Assembly: GCA_963751275.1 (NCBI GenBank)
Contig: CAVVTZ010000005.1
Coordinates: 1 to 64,000, forward strand
From: an uncultured Gemmatimonadaceae bacterium
GTDB taxonomy: Bacteria > Gemmatimonadota > Gemmatimonadetes > Gemmatimonadales > Gemmatimonadaceae
Length of the DNA stretch: 64,000 bases
Direction: 5' to 3'
Shown here one piece after another: positions 56,940 through 64,000 of the stretch (position 1 is the stretch's first letter; the number at the start of each line of letters is the position of its first letter). A program made the translations under genes and the position numbers. The notes beneath the pieces are model-generated. The model saw only the letters and a program-made list of their open reading frames with translations, did not search any database and was not told the DNA's origin.

Positions 56940-57013
56940 TGGGCGAAGAGGGATTCGAACCCCCGACATCCTGCGTGTAAGGCAGGCGCTCTAACCAGCT
57001 GAGCTATTCGCCC
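56940..57013 (-). tRNA. tRNA-Val(TAC)
   Basis: GGGCGAATAGCTCAGCTGGTTAGAGCG-CCTGC-CTTACAC-GCAGG-ATGTCGGGGGTTCGAATCCCTCTTCGCCCA. CCA is not encoded. Confidence 0.97.
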
Positions 57014-57086
57014 AACGCAACCGCCGGCGACGGCCCCACGCGCCGCGCATCGCGCGGGGCCGGGGCCGCCCGAGACTGCGGAGAAA

Positions 57087-57257
57087 TTACGTGAGAATGG
57101 CCACCGGAACCAGCACGCAATAGCCGATCACAAGGAGCACCGGGGCGATCGTGTCGCCGCCACGGACCAGGTCCGCATAACCGCCGGCGAGCGCGAGCGC
57201 CGCGAGCGACCACCAGATCGCGGCCTTGATGCGTGGAGTCGATTCCGTTTTCTGCAT
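57087..57257 (-). CDS. Small two-TM membrane protein (56 aa)
   Basis: Two hydrophobic segments and a consensus-like promoter immediately upstream. Confidence 0.65.
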   Translation of the reverse strand: MQKTESTPRIKAAIWWSLAALALAGGYADLVRGGDTIAPVLLVIGYCVLVPVAILT

Positions 57258-57266
57258 AAGTTGTAA

Positions 57267-57295
57267 AGGATAGACCCCCCCGCTGGCAGTGTCAA
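57267..57295 (-). promoter_or_regulatory. sigma70-like promoter
   Basis: Minus strand TTGACA, 17 nt, TATCCT, 9 nt before ATG 57257. Confidence 0.7.
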
Positions 57296-57314
57296 GCAAC
57301 GGCGCGGCGCGCAG

Positions 57315-58310
57315 TTAGGACCTCGTAACGCCTTCGGGAGGCTCCTCGTCGCCCGGCGGCCGCGGCGGGGGGATCGCACTCGCCAGGAGCGCCTCGATCG
57401 CGCTCTGCCGCGCCGCCCGCTCGGTGGCCTCTTCGGACGCCAGCATCGCGTCCAGGCGACGCCGGTCGCGCCGCCGTCGCGCCGAGTACAGCGGGATCAG
57501 CAGGAGCCCGAGGACCGATGCGAGCACGGTGATGTTCGCGAGCAGCGCGAGCGCGCCGTACCGGCGCATCGTGCGCGCGCGCCAATCCTTCTCGAACGAC
57601 GCCGCCGTGAGACCGTACGCCTCGCGCATCGCCTTGTCCATCGACCCGGTCGCGCGCCACCGCTCCAGGAAGAGCGACAGCCCGCGCACGGTGTCGATCT
57701 GCGCGAGATCGGCGACGGCCCGGTACGCGAGCGCGTATGCGGTGCCCGCCCGCACGGCGCCGCCGGTGAAGCCGGCATCGAGCGAATCGAGCGGTGGCAT
57801 GCCGCCGAGCACGAGGCCCACGCTCGCGGCGAGCACTTCGTCGCGCGCCCACTCGCGCGCGCAATAGCTGGCGTAGCCCTCATCGAACCAGCGCGGCGGC
57901 AGGTCGCCCATGGTCTCGAACAAGGCGAGATGCGCGAGCTCGTGCCGCAGCACGGACACCGGCTCACCGGCATCCGAGCCCGCGTGACTCCCCTGCATCA
58001 CGATCCGGCGCTCCGAGGGGATCGCGATCGCCGCGCCCCACTCCGGCGCGCCGGCGCCCGTCCACTCGCGGAACTGCCGCGCGCCCGGAGCGATCGCGAT
58101 GAGCACCGCGTCCCGCGGACGCGGCAGGCCCGGGAACGTGTCGCGCGCGGCCGCGCTGTCGAGCAGCGTGCGCGCGAGCGGCAGGTCGGCATCGCCCGCC
58201 ATGATCGTGAAGCGTCCGGCGGTGAGGCGCGTCATCTTCCCGTCCTGCGCGCGCGCGCCCGCCGGCGCGGCGAGCGCCAGCAGCAGCGCTACGATGAACG
58301 CGAGGGAGTG
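57315..58310 (-). CDS. Peptidase MA-like zinc metalloprotease with signal peptide and C-terminal TM (start uncertain)
   Basis: FIVALLLALAAPAGARAQ, VLRHELAH...PRWFDEGYASY (HExxH...E), TM ITVLASVLGLLLIPLY. Confidence 0.8.
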   Translation of the reverse strand, partial: HSLAFIVALLLALAAPAGARAQDGKMTRLTAGRFTIMAGDADLPLARTLLDSAAARDTFPGLPRPRDAVLIAIAPGARQFREWTGAGAPEWGAAIAIPSERRIVMQGSHAGSDAGEPVSVLRHELAHLALFETMGDLPPRWFDEGYASYCAREWARDEVLAASVGLVLGGMPPLDSLDAGFTGGAVRAGTAYALAYRAVADLAQIDTVRGLSLFLERWRATGSMDKAMREAYGLTAASFEKDWRARTMRRYGALALLANITVLASVLGLLLIPLYSARRRRDRRRLDAMLASEEATERAARQSAIEALLASAIPPPRPPGDEEPPEGVTRS

Positions 58311-59150
58311 CCGCCGTCCTCGACGTGCTTGAGCATCTCGCCGCAGCGCTTCCCCCATGGATTGAACTTGTTGGCGGCGAGTCCGTCGCGCCACGCCTGC
58401 TTCGCATCCTCCTGCTTGCCGTCGAACCAGAGCGCGCGGCCCAACTCGTAGTACGCTTCGATCAGGTTCGGCCCGATCGCGAGCGTCTTCCGGAAGAAGG
58501 TCTGCGCATCCTCGTACATCTCGCGCTCGGCATACGTGAGCCCCAGGTAGAAATGCGCGTAGAGCGTCGCCTTCCGGTCGTTGTCGAGGCGGATCGCCTT
58601 GGAGAGATGCTCGATCGCCTCGCCGAAGATCTTCTTCTTCAGGCAGATGTATCCGAGGTTGATGCGCGCCAGCGAGTTCGTCGGCTGGCGCATGAGCACC
58701 TTCTGGAAGTTGAGCAGCGCCTCGTCGTACTTCTCCTGCAGCATCTGCGCCCAGCCGAGCAGCGACTCGGTCTGCGGATCGTTCGGCGACAGCTCGAGCG
58801 CCTTGAGCAGCGCCTTCTCCGCGCCTTCGTGATCGCCGAGCGAGATGAGGCTCCATCCCTTCTCGATGAAGGTCGACGCGCCGATGTGGTCGGCGACCAC
58901 CGGTCGCTCGCTCACGAACTCCGGCGCGTTCGAGGGCGCGGTGGATTGCTGCAGCTGCTTCCACCGCTCGACGAGCTTCTTCACATCATCGCGCAGCGCG
59001 GTCATCTCGTGCGATCTCCTGCTCCGTCTGCTTGAACAGGCTGATGATCTCGCCCTTGATCGCGTCGCGCGCGTCCGGCGCGCCCGCGTCCTCGAGGCGG
59101 GCGGCGATCGCGTCGTACTGCTGGCGCAGGCTGTTCGCGTCGTCAGTCAT
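58289..59150 (-). CDS. Coiled-coil plus TPR protein (frameshift ~59010)
   Basis: MTDDANSLRQQY... joins ORF 58289..59005 with TPRs (ALELSPND, LARINLGY, AHFYLG, AYYELG). Confidence 0.82.
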
Positions 59151-59620
59151 GCGTCGCCGCCTTCACCGCTTTCTTGAGTTCGACCCGCTCGCTCGAGTTG
59201 AGCAGATGCGGCACATCCAGGAAGATGATGAGTCCGTCGTCCTGGCGCACGAGGCCGCGGAGATACTCGGCCTTGAGCCCGCGGAAGACCTTCGGCGGTT
59301 CGGCGACCCGGTCCGCCGGGATCGTCGCCACTTCGAGCACGGCATCCACGATCGCGCCGATCCATTCGTCGCCGGTGGCGAAGATGATGATCCGCGTCTC
59401 CGGCCGCGGATCGCGCCGCTCGAGACCGAATCGCGCGCGCAGGTCCACGACCGGCACCACTTTCCCCTGATGCTCGATCACGCCCTCGAGCCAGCCGGGC
59501 AGGTTCGGCAGCACGGTGGGCTTCGCGTAGCGCAGCACGCGCTCCACCGCCGCCACATTCGCCGGCGAAGCGGTCGTCGCCGAGGCGGAACGTCACGACC
59601 TGCTGGAGGGCGCCGGTCAT
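59143..59620 (-). CDS. cheW: Chemotaxis coupling protein CheW (frameshift ~59560)
   Basis: QVVTFRLG, VERVL, LPNLPGWLEGVI, VPVVDLRARF and GAIVDAVLEV. Confidence 0.88.
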
Positions 59621-60084
59621 GCGCGCGCTCCGAGGCACGCGCGCACGAGCGCGTCGGGATCGCACACCGCCACGAGCTCCGCGCCGCGTGGCAGCACGCC
59701 CGAGAGCACCGGCTCCGCCGACGCGGGGCCGGGCACCGGGCGCAACGACGCGATATCGGCGAGGATCACATCCTCCACGTCGTCCACGATCACGCCCACG
59801 CGGCCGCCGCGGCCGCGCACGACGAGCGTGACCTCGTCCCCCGCGCCGCTCCGCGCGATGCCGAATACCTGCTCCGCCGCGTACACCGGCAGCCGCGCGC
59901 CGCGATACTGCGCCACGCCCGCCATGTCGCGCGGCATGCCCGGCAGCGAATGGCGCTCGAGCGCTTCCACGGCTTCCTCCGCGTTCGCGAGCGGCATGGC
60001 GAAGAACTCCTTCCCCACGCGGAAGAGCAGGAATTCCGCGAGCCCGGTGAGCGGAGCGGCCGGCGCGGCATCGATGGGCGTCAT
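59617..60084 (-). CDS. Second, divergent CheW-domain protein
   Basis: EFLLFRVGKEFFAMPL, GVAQYRGARLPV and GVIVDDVEDV. Confidence 0.8.
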   Translation of the reverse strand: MTPIDAAPAAPLTGLAEFLLFRVGKEFFAMPLANAEEAVEALERHSLPGMPRDMAGVAQYRGARLPVYAAEQVFGIARSGAGDEVTLVVRGRGGRVGVIVDDVEDVILADIASLRPVPGPASAEPVLSGVLPRGAELVAVCDPDALVRACLGARA

Positions 60085-61217
60085 GTCCTCTCCTTGCGCG
60101 TGACCGGGCGGCCGGCGCGTGCGGGCGTGGAGGGCGGCCGCCGCGCCGCGACGGTCTCGGCGATCGCGGCCGCGATCTCTCCCAGGGCGACGACGCGCGT
60201 CGCGCCCCCCGCCGCCGCGGCGGCCTGCGGCATGCCGAAGATGATCGAGGTCGCGCGATCCTGCGCGATGCCGGTCCCGCCGGCGTCGCGGATCGCGCGC
60301 AGTCCCTCGGCGCCATCGCGCCCCATGCCCGTGAGTACGACGCCGATCGCCGCGCCGCCCAGGCACTCGGCGGCCGAGCGGAAGAGCGGATCGGCCGCGG
60401 GGCGCACGCCCCAGATCGGTGGTCCATCGTCGAGCGCGAGCGCGGGGCCATCGGCGCCCGCCCGCAGGCGCAGGTGGCGTCCGCCGGGGGCGATGTACAC
60501 GTGGCCGCGGCGCAGCAACTGGCCATCTTCGGCCTCGCTCACCGGCATGCGGCTGTGCGCGTTGAGGCGCTCGGCGAGACTGCGCGTGAAGCCGGCGGGC
60601 ATGTGCTGCACGACGACGACGGCGGCGTCGAGCGTGCGCGGGAGCGCGGGGATCACTTCGGCGAGCGCGCGCGGTCCGCCGGTGGAACTCGCGATGGCCA
60701 CGACGCAAGCGGCGGCGGCGCTGGCCGGCGCTCCGCGCACTTCGGCCGACGGGATCCGCCGCGCCGATCCGGCTTCCGTGAACGCCGCGACGCCGCGGAG
60801 ATTCACCTCGGCGGCGGCGCGGAGCGCCTCGAGCAGCGGACCGCGCACCGTCGCGAGATCGAGGCTGATCGGGCCGGATGGTTTCTTCAGGAAATCCACG
60901 GCGCCGAGTTCCAGGGCGCGGAACACGGGATCGTTCGGCCCGCCGGTGGCCGCGCCGCTCAGCATCACGACCGGCCGCGGCGATTCCTGCATGATCCGCT
61001 CGAGCGCGGCGAGGCCATCGAGCTCCGGCATCTCGATGTCCATCGTCACGATGTCGGGCTCGAGCGCGCGCACCTTCTTGAGCGCGTCGGCGCCGTGGCG
61101 CGCCGTGCCCACCACGCGGAACTCGCCCGACCCGTCGATGAGATCGACGACGAGCTTGCGCATGAAGGCGCTATCGTCCACCACCAGCACGGTGCGCAGG
61201 GCGCTAGAGCTCGACAT
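60081..61217 (-). CDS. cheB: Chemotaxis methylesterase (REC plus CheB)
   Basis: VVDDSAFMR, DIEMP, ASSTGGP, VQHM and LTGMGRDG. Confidence 0.95.
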   Translation of the reverse strand: MSSSSALRTVLVVDDSAFMRKLVVDLIDGSGEFRVVGTARHGADALKKVRALEPDIVTMDIEMPELDGLAALERIMQESPRPVVMLSGAATGGPNDPVFRALELGAVDFLKKPSGPISLDLATVRGPLLEALRAAAEVNLRGVAAFTEAGSARRIPSAEVRGAPASAAAACVVAIASSTGGPRALAEVIPALPRTLDAAVVVVQHMPAGFTRSLAERLNAHSRMPVSEAEDGQLLRRGHVYIAPGGRHLRLRAGADGPALALDDGPPIWGVRPAADPLFRSAAECLGGAAIGVVLTGMGRDGAEGLRAIRDAGGTGIAQDRATSIIFGMPQAAAAAGGATRVVALGEIAAAIAETVAARRPPSTPARAGRPVTRKERT

Positions 61218-61687
61218 TGCCCCTCGCCATCGAGCGCACTTCGACGCGCCCGTCACCCGTGTGGAAGTACACGCTGCGGCCGTGTCCGCCACCGACGTCC
61301 TCGCCGATCACCGGGATGCGCGCGAGCGCGAGCGCCTTGCGACTCGCCAGGAGATTGCGCTCGCCGATCTGCATGCCGGTGGAGGAAAGCAGCGACGTGA
61401 ACATGCTGGCGCCGCCGACGAGGCGCGCGGTGATGCGGCGGTCCAGCGCGCCCAGCGCGCGCATCTCGCTCGAGGAGCAGCGGCACCGCGGAGGACGGGA
61501 ACTTCGCGCGATTGCTGCGGTCGCGCGCCATCGAGTCGCTGGGCAGCAGCACGTGCGCCAGGCCGCCCACCTGCGCCTCGGGGTCGTGGAGCACGATGGC
61601 CACACAGCTCCCCAGGCCGATGCTGGCGATGACCGCATCCCCCTGCGCGACCGCGGCGTCGGCGACGTGCACGCGGATCTCCTTCAC
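61204..61687 (-). CDS. cheD: Chemoreceptor glutamine deamidase (frameshift ~61470)
   Basis: GLGSCV, GGLAHVLLP, GGASMF, IGERN and EDVGGGHGR. Confidence 0.92.
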
Positions 61688-62505
61688 GACGCCCGGCGGA
61701 AGATGCGCTCGCGCGCATCCACGACCTCGAAGCGCGACCGCGCGGGGCCGGTGAGCGTCTCGACTTTGCCCTGGAAGAGCAGGCCGCCGGGGGCGAGCGC
61801 GTCGTGGAACTTCTCGAGCAGCGCCTCCTGGGAGCGGCGGTCGAAGTAGATCGTGACGTTGCGGCAGACGATGAGCTCGAACGGGCCGCCGGGCGGCGGA
61901 TCGGCGAGCAGGTCGTGCCGGCCCAGGCGGACGAGCGCGCGCACGGCCGGCGCGATGGCGTACGGCCCGTCGCCGGGGAAGTACGCGGCCCGCAGGTCGG
62001 CGGGCACGTCGGGCAGCGTGGACGCGTCGTACACGGCGCGCTCCGCCGCCTCGAGGCTAGCCGCGTCGATGTCCGTGCCGACGATCTCCACCGCGCGCGC
62101 CTTCTTGCCGAGCGCGGCGAGACGACGGTGCACGAGGATCGCGAGCGTGTAGGTCTCCTCGCCGCTCGCGCAGCCGGCGCTCCAGATGCGCAGCGGCGTG
62201 CGCGCCGCGGTGATCAGCGGCGCGAGCACTTCCGTGTCCAGCGCCGCCCACGCCTCCGGGTTCCGGAAGAAGCGCGTCACGTTGATGGTGAGCGCATCGA
62301 GGAGACGGTCGTACTCGGCGCCGTCGCTGTCGAGCACGCGCGCGTAGTCGCGGTAGGTGTGCACGCCGCGCGCGCGCATGCGCACCGCGATCCGGCGGCG
62401 CAGGCACTTCTCCTTGTAGCTCGCGCAGCCGAAGCCGCGCTCGCGCGTGATCTTGGCGGTGAGCGCCGCGAAATCCGCGTCGGACAAGGCGGTGCCGGCC
62501 GTCAT
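61684..62505 (-). CDS. cheR: Chemotaxis methyltransferase
   Basis: INVTRFFR, IWSAGCASGEE, GTDID and IVCRNVTIYF. Confidence 0.95.
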   Translation of the reverse strand: MTAGTALSDADFAALTAKITRERGFGCASYKEKCLRRRIAVRMRARGVHTYRDYARVLDSDGAEYDRLLDALTINVTRFFRNPEAWAALDTEVLAPLITAARTPLRIWSAGCASGEETYTLAILVHRRLAALGKKARAVEIVGTDIDAASLEAAERAVYDASTLPDVPADLRAAYFPGDGPYAIAPAVRALVRLGRHDLLADPPPGGPFELIVCRNVTIYFDRRSQEALLEKFHDALAPGGLLFQGKVETLTGPARSRFEVVDARERIFRRAS

Positions 62506-64000
62506 GCGGGCATCGTCCTCACGAGATCGAGGTTCGTGCGGATCACTTCGTTCTCGGGGTTGAGCGCGAGCGCACGCTCCCAGTAGGCGAGCGCCTGGTC
62601 CTTCTCCTGCCACTTGAAGCGGATGTTGCCGAGCTTGAAGTACACGTCATCGCCGAGCGCCGGGTCGAGCTTGATCGCACGCTGGAACGCCTCGAGCGCC
62701 TCGTCGTAGCGCGAGCTGCGATAGAGGCAGTCGCCGAGGTTCTTGAACAGCTGCGGGATCGAGCCATCCTCGTGCAGGCCGCGCTCGGCCGCCTGCGCGG
62801 CGGCGGCCATGTCGCCGCGTCGCTCGTGCACCGCCGCGAGCGTGTTGTAGAGCACCGCGGCGTGCGGATGCAATTCGACGCCCTCGTTCACGATCTCGAG
62901 CGCGCGGTCGAGCTCGCCGGTGAGCGCGGCGGCGAGCGCCGCATAGTGGAACCACGCCGGCGATGGCGGGCGCTTCCCCCAGAGCAGCCGCGATGCGGTG
63001 AGCAGCGCATCGGCCTCATCCACGTCGCCGCTCTTGAGCGCGAGCACGCCGAGCGACGTGCGGATGCGCGGATCGTCCTGGCCGCCGCGCTGGATCGCCT
63101 CCTGCAGCGCCTCGCGCGCGTCGTCGTAGTGGCCCATGCGCTCGAGCGCGTAGGCGAGGTTGTGGAAGATCGCCGGGCGCACATTGGGCTGCGCGCCGGC
63201 CTCGCGCAGCGTGAGCACGGCCTCGGACCACTTCCCCTCGCGCATCGCGACGAGCCCGAGATAGAATCGCGCGGGGACGTCGGTCTCGTTCAGCTCCACC
63301 ACGCGGCGGAACTCGCGCGTGGCCTCCTCGAACATCGCGGTCTTGTAGAACGCGACGCCGAGGTTGCGGTGCTCCTCCACGCGCGCCTCGCGCACGCCGT
63401 CATCCACCGGGCGCGACTTGCCGGCGCGGTGGAGGAAGCCCGCGGTCGCGAGCGCGTACAGCGCCTTCCCCACCTCGAACTCGCCGATCCCCGAGGCGTC
63501 GATGAGCGTCGTGACGTCGCGGCGGCCATCGATGAGCGGGATCAGCTGCTCCTGCGTCGGCGTCAGCTGCGCCTCGCTCTGCGACAGGCGCGCGCGGTCC
63601 ACTTCGAAGATGATGTCGAAGCTCGGCACCTTCTTCTCGATCAGGCTCCACTCGTCCACGCGCCGCGCGCCTTCCAGCAGCAGCGACTCGGGATTGATCG
63701 ACACGAGGACGTCGTGCTCCTCGGGGCGCATGTCGGCCTCGAAGCTGAACGTCCCCTGCGTCCACGTGAAGAGGTAGTACACCGCCTCCTCGATCTGCAC
63801 GCGGATGTAGCGGTGCAGCTCCTCGCGCGTGAGGATCTGCTGCTCGATGAGGATCTCGCCGAGCCGCTTGCCGCGGTGCGCCTTGCTCTGCGCCTCGATC
63901 GCGACGTCGAGCTCGAGCTGCGTGACCACGCCGTGCTTCACGAGCAGGTCGCCAAGGCGGTCGCGGCGGTTGACGATGGACGCGTACGAGATGCGCCCGC
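62502..64000 (-). CDS. DUF4388 (PatA_N)-like domain plus TPR protein (5' end outside window)
   Basis: RLGEIL, EEAVYYLFTWTQGTFSFE, LLLEGARRVDEW and IDGRRDV, followed by many TPRs. Confidence 0.85.
   Translation of the reverse strand, partial: GRISYASIVNRRDRLGDLLVKHGVVTQLELDVAIEAQSKAHRGKRLGEILIEQQILTREELHRYIRVQIEEAVYYLFTWTQGTFSFEADMRPEEHDVLVSINPESLLLEGARRVDEWSLIEKKVPSFDIIFEVDRARLSQSEAQLTPTQEQLIPLIDGRRDVTTLIDASGIGEFEVGKALYALATAGFLHRAGKSRPVDDGVREARVEEHRNLGVAFYKTAMFEEATREFRRVVELNETDVPARFYLGLVAMREGKWSEAVLTLREAGAQPNVRPAIFHNLAYALERMGHYDDAREALQEAIQRGGQDDPRIRTSLGVLALKSGDVDEADALLTASRLLWGKRPPSPAWFHYAALAAALTGELDRALEIVNEGVELHPHAAVLYNTLAAVHERRGDMAAAAQAAERGLHEDGSIPQLFKNLGDCLYRSSRYDEALEAFQRAIKLDPALGDDVYFKLGNIRFKWQEKDQALAYWERALALNPENEVIRTNLDLVRTMPA

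Noticed and set aside
56940..57013. tRNA-Val as an island integration site
   Set aside because: No integrase and no duplicated tRNA 3' end in the window. Flanks look like core genes.

Overview
The window contains two apparently unrelated pieces of DNA joined at about 11.46 kb, inside ribD. (1) Bases 1 to ~11.45 kb are visibly lower in GC and look acidobacterial. They carry rnhA, a metallophosphoesterase, a peptide ABC ATPase, a GT39-like membrane glycosyltransferase and a TPR protein. Next is an apparently complete ~2.26 kb insertion sequence encoding a DUF6788-like Cys/His protein and a DDE transposase with an N-terminal SEC-C motif. After it come an IS1380-like remnant, a broken ADOP-type permease and a broken NHL-repeat gene. 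(2) Bases ~11.46-64 kb are very GC-rich core chromosome, almost all on the minus strand, with Gemmatimonadota-like content (inferred, not searched). Genes: ribD (truncated), purM, a PfkB kinase, argS, FmdB, methylmalonyl-CoA mutase large subunit, fbp, comEC, comFB, miaB, mtaB, a hybrid RR-HK, a barrel/lipoprotein pair, cdd, deoB, alr, mazG, asnS, recG, ftsY, a dcw cluster (rsmH to ftsZ, without mraZ, murB or ddl), tRNA-Val(TAC), and a chemosensory cluster (DUF4388-TPR, cheR, cheD, cheB, two cheW, TPR, peptidase MA). Many essential genes are frameshifted, most likely from long-read indel errors. Best leads: the DUF6788/SEC-C transposon, DnaA-box and palindrome arrays between ftsA and ftsZ, the TPR/peptidase-extended Che cluster, comFB in a signalling/tRNA-modification operon, and long inverted-repeat elements flanking asnS. 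Family assignments come from motif recognition by eye; no searches were run.
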